A stretch of DNA of 64,000 bases from Eledone cirrhosa (lineage: Eukaryota): assembly GCA_964016885.1 (NCBI GenBank), contig OZ024755.1:21328001-21392000 (forward strand). The letters run 5' to 3'. The stretch's first letter is position 1. Each line of letters opens with the position of its first letter. The notes under the pieces are model-generated. The model had not been told where the DNA came from. It saw nothing but the letters and a program-made list of their open reading frames with translations, and did not search any database. This document shows, in pieces, positions 35,200 to 49,216 of this stretch. A program made the translations under genes and the position numbers.

Positions 35200-38002
35200 G
35201 AAGTATGTTGTGTACAAAAAGTTAGATGGAGGGATGCCTCTGCGAGATTAATTATGGGCAAGCAACTTAGATATAAACTCTATTGGGTAGGAAATTACAA
35301 TGGGGTAGGAGGTGTAGGTGTCTTACTGGCTGAGAAATGGATTGATAAGGTGATAGAGTTAGTTAGAGTAAGTGATAAGATCACATCTACCCATGCTCTG
35401 CAGGCAGGGCTGGGTAAAGAACAAAAGGACAGGTTCTATGAAGAACTTTTACAGACAACTTCAGGTGTTGACGAAAGAGACTGCATCCTGGCAGGCAACT
35501 TAAATGTGGAACAATACCAGGATGGATTCAGCAGAGTTATGGTTATGGTTCTAGGATTGAAGAGGGGCTGAAACTCTTGGAATTCTGTAACGCAAATGAA
35601 CTAACCATCTGCAACACGAATTTCAGGAAACCAGCCAGCCACCTGGTTTCATATGAATCAGGTGAACACACAAGACAAACAGACTAATAAATACTAAGGC
35701 CTTCTCTGGGGAAGAATGCACTGCCCAGAAGAAGTTAGTTATTAGTGACATCAAAATAAACGAAAGACAACAAGACTTGCAGGAAAATATAGAGATGGAG
35801 AGTGTGGAAGCTAAAGGACCTCTCGGTTAAATATAAGTTTAGAAAGGCCCTACAGGATGCACTTGATGAGGATGAGCTAGATACATATAACGTAAAAGAC
35901 AACTGGAAATTCTTACGTGACAACCTTTTGCAAACTACTGATGAGACTTGTGGCTGGAGAAAAGCAGCAGACAGACAGAGAGTGGCCTGGTGGTGGAACA
36001 GCACAGTAGATACAGCTATTAAAGCCAAGAGACAAGCAAGAAAAGATTAGAAAAATGAGGGTAGCAGAGTCCAGTACCAAGTAGCTAAGAAAGAAGCTAG
36101 GTGACAGGTATACACAGCTCGGAGAGAGGCCGAAGAAAGTAAATTTACCAATATCTTGAGACGTGATAATCAGAGACGTGAAATGTTCCATATTGCAAGG
36201 CAGGATGTTAGTGTGAATCAAGATGTTGTTGGGGAAAAATGTGTTAGAAATGATGATGGTGCACTTAGCACCACTGATACTCAAAAGAAAGATGCCTGGA
36301 AATGTTACTATGAGAGATTGATGAAGGTAGAGAATGAATGGAAGGAAGGGAAATTAACCCCAACTTACCCAAAGTAAAGACCAGCTATTGAAGTTGATAG
36401 TTTTGGGGTCAAAGATGCAATCAAGGAGATGAAGAATAGTAAAGCTGTGAGACCATCAGAAATAGTTGCTGAGATGCTAAAGGCATCAGGAGAGGTAGGA
36501 CTCAAACTAGTAACCCATATAGTAAGTCAAGTAATACATGATGGAGCCATACCCAATGACTGGCGTACAATTATAAATTGCTACTAGGGCAAAGGTGATG
36601 CTCTAGAAAGGAGCAAGTATAGAGGACTAAAACTAATGGACCAAGATATGAGTGACAGAAAGAGTATAGTGCAGCTAATTAGGGAAAGAGTAAAAATTGT
36701 GCGATGCAGTTTGGTTTCATGCATGGGAAAAGTAATACAGAGACCCTCTTCTTAGTGAGGCAACTAAAAGAGAAGTTCCTAGCCAAAAATAAGCCTCTAT
36801 ATTTAGCTTTTGTTGATCTAGAGAAGGCCTTTGACAGAATACCTCAATCTGTTATCTTAAGGAAATTAAGTGTAGATGTAAGAGTGGCTTGTAAGAGCAC
36901 TGCAAACTATGCACAGAGTAGTTGTCAGTAAAGTGAGAGTAGAAAATAATAAGGTGCAGGAAGGAGTTCATCAAGGTTCAGTTCTTAGCCCACTGTTCAT
37001 CACAGTTCTTCAGGTCATGATAGAGGAGTTTAAAATGGGCTGCCCATGTGAACTTCTCTAAGCAGAGAAGTATAGTTATAGTATATAACTATATAGCTGA
37101 AACCAAAAAAGAACTAGAAAATAAATTCCAATTATGGAAACTGAATTTGGAATCAAAAGGTCTGAGAGTAAACTTAGCCAAAACTAAAGTGCTAATGAAT
37201 AGAAGAAAAGATAGGACCCAGATTCCCTCGGGGAAGTGGCCATGCTCAATATGCAGAGAAAGAATAAACTCCATACAATGTACAAAATGCAAATCTTGGG
37301 TACACAAAAGATGTGGTGGTATAATGAATAGACTAAAAGGGAGAGCTTTACATTTAGAAGATGCACAGGAGAAATCGAGAGGAAGAGTACTAATGATATA
37401 AATCTTTTCCTGTCACAGGAAGGATCCATAGATGTGGTTCATAGCTTCTGCTATCTAGGTGACCTAATTAGTAGTGGAGGAGGGTGTGCCAAGGGTATAA
37501 TAGCTGTAATAAGGATAGGATTGAAGAAGTTTAGAGAACTACTCCCACTGCTGACGAGAGAAAGGTTTCTCCTTACGTACAAAAGGAAGGCTGTATGACG
37601 CCTGCGTGTGGTGCGCGATGCTGCATCATAGTGAAACAGGGGCTGTGACTGCAAATGCGTAGACTGAAGCAACCATGTTTCATTGGATGTGCAATGTAAA
37701 TGTGAGAGAAAGGCAGAGCCTGGATGAGCTGAGGGAGAAACTAGGTTTAAGGGGAATCTGAGATGGTGTGCAGGATATGTGATACCGATGGGTGAAGAAA
37801 TGCCAGGAAATCCCAGTGAAAGGAAGCCACAGTAGAGGTAGACCAAGAAAGACTTGGGCAGAGATTGTGAGAGCTGATCTCAAATCACTAAGATTGAAAG
37901 AGATGATGATGGAACATGAAAAGAGGAGAGATGCTGTGCTGAGAAGGACTCATCCAACCCATGCAAGCATGGAAAAATGGATGTAAAATTGATGATGATG
38001 AT
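35200..38002 (+). mobile_element. Decayed, nearly full-length RTE-clade LINE (APE endonuclease + RT)
   Basis: VRWR..ARL..YKLYWVG..GVGVLL (APE), QFGF...LYLAFVDLEKAFD (RT), KWPCSIC...IQCTKCKSWVHKRC, RGRPRKTW, (GAT)n tail. Many stops and frameshifts. Confidence 0.92.
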
Positions 38003-38111
38003 ATATATATTGAAAACAAAACAAGGTTTCACATAGAGTGCTGGTTTTGGTACCCATCTCAGTAAACCATGAATCTACTGAACCACCTATTACTTTTATT
38101 ATATAATATAT

Positions 38112-38330
38112 AGGGCAGTGGATTGGCAGTATCGGTAGGGAGTCGGACAACATACTTTGTATCATAGAGTTACGGCCCTTTATGATCTGATTTCAAATCC
38201 CGTTGAGGTTAACTTTGCCTTTCATCCTTACGGGGTCGATAAAATAAAGTACCAGTCACGCACTGGGGTCGATTTAATCGACTTTTCCCTCCCCACGAAA
38301 TTGCTGGCCTTGTGCCAATATAAGAAAACA
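38112..38330 (+). mobile_element. Meta-type SINE
   Basis: Full head and core, as at 2624. Confidence 0.85.
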
Positions 38331-38634
38331 TTATATATATAATATATCATCGTCATCATTAGGTCAGATCAGGTGACCATGTTTTGCACATACAGAACTG
38401 TATCTGGCTTGGTTTCTACAGTTGGATGCTCTTCCTAACACCAACCACACTTACAGCGCGCCTTCAAAATGACCACCTTACACATATATATACACACACC
38501 GACATATATATATATATATATATATATGCTAGCATAGAAGATGGACGTTAAACGATAATGATGATATATATGTATACATACATATATATATATATATATA
38601 TATGTATACATATATATATATATGTATACATATG

Positions 38635-38666
<32 letters not shown>

Positions 38667-38667
38667 C

Positions 38668-38711
<44 letters not shown>

Positions 38712-38717
38712 GTATAC

Positions 38718-38766
<49 letters not shown>

Positions 38767-38806
38767 TATATATGTATGTGTATATATGTGTATATGTATA
38801 TATATG

Positions 38807-38837
<31 letters not shown>

Positions 38838-38911
38838 GTATGTGTATATATGTGTATATGTATATATATGTGTATATGTATATATACGAGTATGTATATA
38901 TATATATATAT

Positions 38912-39421
38912 GTCATCATCATCATCGTTTTACGTCTGTTCTTCCACACTAGCATGGATTAGATGGGTTGTCCTGTTGTGGGCAGTGTCCAGTCGGCTGA
39001 CTTTGTCTTGCTCATATGGGAACTGATTCTGGCTTGATTTCTACAGCTGGATGCCCTTCCTAACACCAACCTCATTTACAGTGAGTGCTGGGTTCTTTTT
39101 TGCCGTGGCACCTCCACGACCACTTTGCAGTGGAATGATATGGACCCCAGTCCTATCATCTCATTTCTACAGCTAGTAAACTGGAGCAATGTGAAGTGTC
39201 TTGCTCAAGGAAACAACACATCACCCGGTCTGAGAATTGAACTCACAACCTTTCAATTGCAAGCCCAATGCTCTAACCACTAAGCCATGTGTATATGTAT
39301 ATATATGTATATATGTATATGTATGTATATATATCTATATATATGTATATGTATATATATATGTATATATATATGTGTATATATATATATGTATATATAT
39401 ATATGTATATATATATATGTG

Positions 39422-39452
<31 letters not shown>

Positions 39453-39676
39453 GTATAGTAATAATAATAAATTTGAAGACTAAAATCCAAAGAGGGCTCG
39501 ATAAGGATAAATATATATCAAATATATAAGAACCGTAGAGCAAATATTTATTAAAATAACAGATTAAAGTTTAAGCAAAGAATCGCTGCTTTCACCCTTT
39601 GCTTAAACTTTAATGTTATTTTAATAAATATATCTATGTATATATATATGTATATATATATATGTATATATATATG

Positions 39677-39711
<35 letters not shown>

Positions 39712-40500
39712 GTATATATATATGTATATATATATGTATATATATCATCATCATCATCACCGTTTTATGTCCGTTCTTCCACGCTAGCATGGGTTAGACG
39801 GGTTGTCCTGTTGTGGGCAGTGTCTGGTCGGCTGACCATGCCTTGCTCATACAGGAACTGATTTGGCTTGATTTCTACAGCTGGATGCCCTTCCTAACAC
39901 CAACCTCATTTACAGTGAGTGCTGGGTTCTTTTTTGCCGTGGCACCTCCACGACCAATTTGCAGTGGAATGATATGGACCCCAGTCCTATCATCTCATTT
40001 CTACAGCTAGTAAACTGGAGCAATGTGAAGTGTCTTGCTCAAGGAAACAACACATCACCCGGTCTGAGAATTGAACTCACAACCTTTCAATTGCAAGCCC
40101 AATGCTCTAACCACTAAGCCATGTGTATATGTATATATATGTATGTATATGTATATATGTATATGTATGTATATATATCTATATATATGTATATGTATAT
40201 ATATATGTATATATATATATGTATATATATATATGTATATATATATATGTGTATATATATGTATGTATATATATATATATATGTATAGTAATAATAATAA
40301 ATTTGAAGACTAAAATCCAAAGAGGGCTCGATAAGGATAAATATATATCAAATATATAAGAACCGTAGAGCAAATATTTATTAAAATAACAGATTAAAGT
40401 TTAAGCAAAGAATCGCTGCTTTCACCCTTTGCTTAAACTTTAATGTTATTTTAATAAATATATCTATGTATATATATATGTATATATATATATGTATATA

Positions 40501-40547
<47 letters not shown>

Positions 40548-40560
40548 GTATATATATCAT
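38912..40560. repeat. About 830-bp near-identical tandem duplication (SINE-like + microsatellite + AT-rich hairpin)
   Basis: 39025-39745 matches 39855-40557. A third partial start at 40557 runs into the RTE 3' UTR. Confidence 0.9.
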
Positions 40561-42886
40561 CATCATCATCACCGTTTTATGTCCGTTCTTCCACGCTAGC
40601 ATGGGTTAGACGGGTTGTCCTGTTGTGGGCAGTGTCTGGTCGGCTGACCATGCCTTGCTCATACAGGAACTGATTTGGCTTGATTTCTACAGCTGGATGC
40701 CCTTCCTAACACCAACCTCATTTACAGTGAGTGCTGGGTGCTTTTTCGTGGCGCCTACACGTCCACTTTACAGTGTGGGCTGGGTGCTTTTTTGCCGTGG
40801 CACCTCCACGACCACCTTGCGGTGGGGGGTGTGGGGGCATATTGTCTATATGCTTCAGCTTGTACCCATGGGAGGTCGGGTACTCTGTATTACTGTGTGA
40901 CGCCAGAAGTCACGGTCGTGTAATTGGGTAAGGTCGGCTTTTATTACCTCATCCCAGGTCTTCTTGGGTCTCCCCACTCCGCAGTTTCCATCGACTTCTA
41001 GTGCTCTGCACCTTTTTATGCAGCTGTCATCCTTCATACGCATCACATGTCCATACCAACGCATCCGCCTCTCCTGCACACAGCATTTGATTCCTCTTAT
41101 GCTAAGTCTCTCTCTCAATTCATTTATGCTTTGCTATTCGCGTATATTACTATTACACATCCATCTGAGCATGCAGACTTCGTTTCTTTCTAATCTACGC
41201 AAGTCTTCCACATTCAGTGCCCAGGTCTCACTACCATGTAACATTGCTGTTCATATACATGCATCATACAGTCTGCCTTTCATTTTGAGGGAAAAGCCTT
41301 TTGCAGCTAGCAGTGGCAGTAGCTCCCTGAACTTCTTCCATCCCGTTCTTACCCTAGTTATTGTACTTTCTGAACACCCACCTCCGCTGTTAATTCGGTC
41401 ACCTAGGTAGCAGAAGCTGTCTACTGTTTCTACAGAGCCCTCCCATAAATTGGTGGTACTTGTTTCCTGTGGCTGTTTGCTGCTTGCTGTCCCAGCACAG
41501 CTGCTACATGTGAAGCCTACATTCTTAATTAAGCTTCCTGAGATCCTGCTACATCTCTTGTATACCCATTGTTTGCATTTGGGACAGAGAATGGCATTCC
41601 TACCTACACCTTTCCTACATACTGAGCAAGGCCATTTCCCTGAGGGGATCTGGGTTCTGTTTTCTCGTCTACTTACAAGGACCTTAGTTTTTGTCAGGTT
41701 GACTTTGAGACTCTTTCTTTCTAGTCCCTGCTTCCAAGTTTGGAATTTCTTCTCTAGTTCTACCATAGATTCAGCTATAAGTGCGAGGTCATCTGCATAC
41801 AGGAGTTCCGATGGGCATCCGGTCTTAAACTCCTCCGTTATTGCCTGCAGGACTATGATGAAGAGGAGAGGGCTAAGAACAGAACCCTGGTGGACACCGA
41901 CCTGTACGCTAAATTCCTCGCTATACTCATTGCTAATCCTAACTTTGCTGACTGATCCCCTATACATGGCTTGTACAGCTTTCACAAGCCATTCATCTAC
42001 TCCTAGTTTTCTAAGAGCCCACCATTGCATCTCATCTAGTTTCACCCGGTCCCCAATCAACTGTGCTATAACTCTTTCTGTTACTTTCATGACCTGGTCC
42101 ATCAGCTTTATACCTCTATAGTTTCCTCTATCTACTGCATCACCTTTACCTTTGTAGCAGTTGACAATGATGCTACTGCACCAATCCTTTGGTATGACAC
42201 CTTCTAGTATTACCTGGTTAACAAAACGTGTGGTTATAGTGTGACCTACCGACCCAGATGCCTTCAGCATCTCAGCAGCTATACCTGATGGACCGGTTGC
42301 CTTCCCTATCTTCATATCTTTGATTGCCTTACTTACTACGCTGCTGCTGACTTGTAATGCTGGCCCCTCTATAGGATCTACTTGGGGTAGGGTCTCTTCT
42401 TCCCATGCATTCTCCTCATTTAGTAATCTATCATAATGGCTCTTCTATGCATCTTTCTTCTCAGCACTTGTGAAGGCAAGCTCACCTTTGTCATTCCGGA
42501 TACACTTCTCTCCAATGACATCACAATTCTCTCTGACACACTGCCTCGCAATCTTGAACACCTCCTGTTTCTGGTCCTCACGTTGCAAAACATGCTGAAT
42601 TTTCTATCCTCTGCTTCCCTCCAAGCTAAGTATACTTGACGCCTAGCTTCCCTCCTGGTCTCTATGTAATGTACCCTGCTTCCCCCGTTCTTGCATTCTT
42701 TCCATGCCTGTCTCTTGGCCTTAACTGGCTCATCTACCTCATTGTTCTACCACCAAGTCACTCTCCTCCTGCCTGTGGTGTTACTCCAGCCACAGATCTC
42801 ATCCGTCGCCTCAAGTAAGTTATTTTTTAGGAATTCCCAGTGCACTTCTACATATCTGTTCTTCTGTACTGTCGTAGGCGTTGAGT
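40557..42886 (-). mobile_element. 5'-truncated RTE LINE, relatively young, with an internal RT deletion
   Basis: ORF 41251-42315 has KATGPSG, NYRGIKL, GVHQGSVLSPLLF and LLYADD. ORF 40855-41118 has RMRWYGHVMRM...GRPKKTW. (GAT)n tail. Confidence 0.95.
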
Positions 42887-43388
<502 letters not shown>

Positions 43389-43682
43389 ATATGTGGCTGA
43401 TTGGTTAGACAACTGGATTTACAGTCCACACTGTAAATGTGGTTGGCCTTAGGAAGGGCATCCAGTCATAGAAATCAAACCTGACCTGACATGTCTCAAA
43501 TGGGACAACTCGTCTAACCCATGCTAGTGTGGAAAAATTGATATTAAACGATGATGATGATATATAAATATATGCATCTGTATGTTTATATATATATATA
43601 ATACAAATTTAAAATTATATAGATTTTATATAAATGTATGTGTATATATGTTTATATATATATATATATACATAAAACACAC

Positions 43683-43713
<31 letters not shown>

Positions 43714-44024
43714 CATAAAACACACATACATGTATATATATATATATATATAAACACACACACACTTATACATGTATATCTCTATATATATAAATATATA
43801 TAAACACACACACACTTATACATATATATGTTTATTTATATAAAGATTTTATATAAATGTGTAATATAAATATACATATATATATATCAAAAGTATATAT
43901 AAATGTGTGTATATGAATGATTATATATATATATATATATGATACAAATATTTATATATATACAGATTTTATATATAAATATAAATTATATATATATTTT
44001 ATATATATAAATATTTATATATTT

Positions 44025-44057
<33 letters not shown>

Positions 44058-45289
44058 TATATATATATACACACACAAATAATAATTATATATAAACATA
44101 TATATATATATACATACATACACACACAAATTATAATTAGATATATATATTTATATATAAACATCTATATATATATATATATATATTTATTTATTTACAA
44201 ATGTACTATATGTATATATTTAGATAGATATAGATACATAATATAAATATAAAAGGCACAGATATATATAAGTCCATGTCGAAATCTTCGTATAATTTTA
44301 CGTCATATGAATTCCATTTACCAATAAGAAAAATAATTTACTAACAGAAAGACAATCATAAATTCCCGCCCTTCCATAATATATGGCATTGCGAGGTCGG
44401 GTTAAGTACACACACATGTTTATATAAACACAATAGTGGTCGGCTCTATAAATGTCCCACTTCGTGCCACTATTATTTTATTATGAAACCGCATCCATTT
44501 GTCAAATTCAGTTAAAGACGAGGCAGAAAATTAGATTTATTTAACAGAAACTTTATTGATATTAATAACGAATATAAAAATGTTATTCAATTTAAAAAGA
44601 AATCAAGCATCTTTGTTACTAGTGAAATCGATAAATATAATTAAGACGCTTTATAGACTATCAATTGCACAAAGCAATTAAGGTGTATGGTTCGTATTTC
44701 GTTTATTTCAGCTATGATTTCAGGTTTTTATTTAATTTATCACTGTTATCTCCTAACTACCATATTATACATGTAAGCTCGTCGCCCATTGGTTAATTCT
44801 GGTGTGTGTATACGCCAGACTTGGTCGTCTAATTCCCGAATCACGCCGACATAGGTACCAGGAAGCCGGTTGTACCCTGACATTTGATTGTAGATATTAT
44901 ACCAAAATAATATGAGAATCATGCCAGCCTTAAATGTGGAGTTGTCGTTAGAAAAAGCAGAAAAAAAGCCAGGAAACGATTGATCCAATTGTAAAATGCG
45001 TTACTGGACCGCTTGTTGTTCTACAACATTGAGAATCGGCCTGGCTTCTTGTTGTTGTCACTGGCTCCGTACTCCTCCGCCTTCCTATTCTGCATTTTCT
45101 TTTAATAGTTACGACACATAGTCATTGTGGGAGCCATTGCATATTTAAAGGACAATTTAATTCGTTTTGCTGTCTTGCAGGTGAGTGAACACTCTCCAAA
45201 CATTACTACTCGGCTTCAATCTAAGCATAGGGGGAAAACAACCCCGCTCCCGTTGCCTTTACAGCCATGCCCGTCCGTTAACATATAGT

Positions 45290-45340
45290 TGGCTGGTCAC
45301 GTGACTGCGATGGTGATGGGGGGAGAGAAAATGGCGGCTT
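45290..45340 (+). promoter_or_regulatory. Probable BPTF promoter/5' UTR motifs: palindromic E-box GTCACGTGAC (45296-45305) and YY1-like AAAATGGCGG (45328-45337)
   Basis: Motifs read directly in a repeat-free, CpG-richer segment about 150 nt upstream of the ATG. Confidence 0.55.
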
Positions 45341-45466
45341 TCCTAACTGTTCAACCTGGACCACTGTTAAAATGCTCGTAATCCGCGCCTAAATACGCTT
45401 TGTATTATCAAGATCTATTCTAAAAATATGCTTTATTCCATATAGATAACGTACTCATCACAAAAT

Positions 45467-46527
45467 ATGTCAACAAAATCGAGGCGTGCGAGAGGTCGTC
45501 CGCCAAAAACCCCATTGTCGGGTCGGACCAATTTTCTGAAAAGACCCAAAGCTTACTATCATGGTACCTTTGGAGATGGCCACAATTTTGACGGTGGAAT
45601 AAATAGTTCCACGGGAACATATGTTGGTGGTAGCTCTCATTTAACACCTCATAGTCACCATCATCACACGGGTAGAGCTGGCTCTACGGCCAGCGGCATT
45701 AGTATGAGCAGTGGTAGGGGTGCCCGTTTTAGGGAGGCCGCTCAGAAAAGCCGAAGCTACATCCTACAGATGCTCGAAGATGACGATGATGAACATAAAC
45801 ATTCAGAGGCAGATCCTGACAAATCTAGTGACTTAACAGATATGGATAATGTAGATGAAGACCATTGTTCGGATGATACCTACGAAGAGTCTGAATCAGT
45901 ATACAGCGAAGAGAGTTACAGTACTGTGGGTTCTGTGAGCAAGAGAAGATACCATTCACGGCGGCCCAAAACTCCGGATTTAGATGAAACCCGTGAAATT
46001 CCTCCTTTAAACCTGCCTGCACCCGCTACTGATCTTATGTTACCCATTGAATATTTAATGTCAGCATTAAGCGTCTACGAAGTACTTAGACATTTTCGGT
46101 CAATTTTACGATTATCTCCTTTTTTATTCGAAGATTTTTGCTCTGCTTTAAATAGTGATGAACAGTGTCTACTGCTGGCAGAGATCCATATAACACTGCT
46201 GAAAGCCCTTCAAAGGGAAGAGGAAGCAAATAATACCACATTCGGTGCCCACGATTTGAAAGACAGTATCAACATAGCTTTGTACTTTTTAGATGGAATG
46301 ACTTGGACAGAACTGGTCCGAGCCTATTTAGACAGTGACCGAAACCAAGAATTTAAAGATACTCTTGAGATTTTAGAGAAGACTGATTTCCCTTTTGTTG
46401 GCATCGAAGACAGGTTGAAAGTACTCCAGACTTTAACTGATTTGTTCCTTGCGACAAATTCTGTGAGAGAAGAGATTATGAACGAAGGTAACATCCAGTA
46501 TGATGACCATTGTCGTTCGTGCCATAA
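45467..46527 (+). CDS. BPTF: BPTF/NURF301 first coding exon (AT-hook, acidic region, DDT, WHIM1, start of PHD1)
   Basis: RGRPPK AT-hook; ALSVYEVLRHF..LRLSPF.FEDFC.AL...LAEIH..LLKAL (DDT); FGAHDLKDSIN; RLKVLQ; EGNIQYDDHCRSCHK matches human EGVIQYDDHCRVCHK. Donor AA|GTAAGT, phase 2. Confidence 0.96.
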
Positions 46528-47639
46528 GTAAGTATTTTGATTTTCTTTAACTTTAGTAAGTTTCATTGAGTTATATCTTAAAATGGTCAAATATAATCTA
46601 TTTATTTATCGACAGATATAATTCTTATTCGAAAGGAGTTATTGAATTCCTTGAAAATCACCCAAAAATTCATTTAATCGTGTTTATAATTTTGATTGAA
46701 ATTTTTTTAAAATAATTATTTTGGGGGAAAACTATATTTCCATTTTCAATGTAACAAAATATTATTGATATTATTATTATTATTATTAAATTTAAGTAAA
46801 TAACTACACATATCAAAGGCAGATAACTAGCAAATCATAATATATAAAAATAAAAAAAAATGTTTTTGTAAATAAATGAACGTGCATATTAGAGAAAGGT
46901 TTATTATCTTCCGGGAACCTTTCACCTATGCATCTCTTATGGTTTTATAATATAAAATCTCCAGTTAATAAGAATTGGAAGTATTCTTCTTCAAATTTAA
47001 CAACCACTAGTTTCTCGTCCTCCTTTTTGAAATTTGAATTATTTTTTGTCTGAATGTTTTTGAATTTGTGATTTCATGATAGATAATTTTAACAAAAGGC
47101 ATTTAATTTTTTTTATTAAATCAAGAATTAATTAATAAGAAAAAAAGTGGGGAGGGATATGACCTAACATTTATTGAAAACTCTTTTAATATATATCAAA
47201 GACATAGAAAGATATCTTCAATATATTTTACATAGCTTAGCTTTTGTTATCACCAAGGAAATAAATAGTGAGCTAATCATGATGTTACTAAACTTACTTG
47301 ATTCAAATCTTATTTAGGGTGGGATCCACTAGTGTTATTTTAATTATATTTTTAAAATATATGTGTTATAAAAGCTACATATTATTATTTAAAACAGGCA
47401 GCATACAAAGCTCAGTTGTAAATTAGTAACCATAAAGAACCTATGTAAAACCCCCAGTGTTATAATTCAGTAAAATTATGACCCATCTTACAATAGACAA
47501 CATTAGTTATGATGTCTTGTTAAGAGTATTCATAAAACAAAGATACTTCTAAAATTAGTTGGGATTTATTTTTGGGGGGAATGATATTCAAAATAAACAA
47601 TTGAAAAAGAAAAGAAAGATTCAAAGATTGACTGTGTCT

Positions 47640-47990
47640 TATATTGTGCATCTATTAAAATAAAAAGTGAAATTAATTTACAACTCACACCTATGTAGGT
47701 TTAGCTGGCTTCCTCCAAGGCTGCATTTCATATGGTGCATCTATTAAAAACACCTATGTAGGTTTAGTTGGCTTCCTCCAAAATTGCACTTTGCATGGTG
47801 CATCTATTAAAACGAAAAATGAAATTAACAGTTCACACCTATGCAGGGTTAGCTGGCTTGCTCCAAAGTTGTACCTCATATGGTGCATCTGTTAAATTGA
47901 AAAATGAAATTTACAACTCACACCTATGTAAGTTTAGCTGGCTTTCTCCAAGGTTGTACCTCATAGGAGGTTTCTCGTGTTTTAATGGTC
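47640..47990. repeat. Degenerate about 60-85-bp tandem repeat derived from a SINE tail
   Basis: CACACCTATGTAGGTTTAGCTGGCTTCCTCCAAGG occurs 4 times. Reverse complements at about 23460-23610 and 55950-56010. Confidence 0.7.
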
Positions 47991-48064
47991 AGATCCCCAG
48001 TCCTATCATGAAAAGCAATGTGAAATGAACTAGCTTGCTTAAGAACACACCTTGCCCAGTCTAA

Positions 48065-48399
48065 GCATGGCTTAGTGGTTAGAGCATTGGCCTTGCAATC
48101 GAGAGGTTGTGAGTTCAATTCTCAGACCGGGCGATGTGTTGTTTCCTTGAGCAAGACACTTTATTTCGCATTGCTCCAGTTTACTCAGCTGTAGAAATGA
48201 GATGATAGGGACTGGGGTCCATATCATTCCACTACAAAGTGGTTGTGGAGGTGCCACGGCAAAAAAGCACCCAGCACTCACTGTAAATGAGGTTGGTGTT
48301 AGGAAGGGCATCCAGCTGTAGAAATCAAGCCAGAATCAGTTCCTGTCTCACCCTTGCAAGCAGGGAAAAGCGGACGTAAAATGATGATGATGATGATGA
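48065..48399 (+). mobile_element. Young CORE-type SINE
   Basis: As 43079. Confidence 0.9.
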
Positions 48400-48939
48400 A
48401 TTCCCTCTATACTGAAGAATTAAAAGGTTGAAAAGGAATATTGTTGGGATTGGGGTAGTCTTTAGTAAATTAAGGTGGCAAATTGACAGAGTCGTTGGAA
48501 CATTGAATAGAATACTTGGCGGTATTCGTTTCGGTTCTCTGCTCTCTGAGTTCAAATCTATTCGAGGTTGATAAAAAAAAGTACCAGTCCAGTTCCGGGG
48601 TCAATTCTTCCTCTATATATCTCTCTCATTTCCATTTTCTCACTCTCTATCCTTCTCTGGAAGAAATCTGCTGTATTCAGACCTGGAGAGGAGATGGGCC
48701 CCCACCAGGTTTAGAAATGCTCTAGAAACTTTCTATGTCAATACGGCACCCCTGCGACTCATCCAGGAATTACTAGACCATCCATGCATCTTGAGAATAT
48801 AGTGGATGTATATATTACTTATTAATTAGAAATTAATATATGGTCAGTATTAGTCAAAAGGAAAATACAGAGGGAATTTTACAGTATCATAAATATTTCT
48901 GATGAGTATTAAATTACCCCTTTTGATATCAAATTTCGT

Positions 48940-49216
48940 GAAACTGGCCTCGGTTCTATGATACAAAACTTCCTGAAACTGTCCCCGATTCTTTGATACC
49001 AAACCACCTGAAACTGTCTCTGATTCTTTGATATCAAACCACCTGAAACTGCCCCTGGTTCTTTGATACCAAACTGCCTGAAACTGGCCCTGGTTCTATG
49101 ATACAAAACTTCCTAAAACTGTCCCTGATTCTTTGATACCCGACCACCTGAAACTGTCCATGATTCTTTGATATGAAACCACCTGAAACTGACCCTGGTT
49201 CTATGATACCAAACTG
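48940..49216. repeat. 35-bp minisatellite, about 8 copies, inside a TTAA-family MITE
   Basis: Unit CCTGAAACTGTCCCTGATTCTTTGATACCAAACCA. The flanks match the MITE body. Confidence 0.85.

Noticed and set aside
44746-44988. 80-aa minus-strand ORF divergent from BPTF
   Set aside because: It has a non-ATG start, no recognisable domain and no convincing donor. It is more likely promoter sequence, though a divergent transcript is not excluded.
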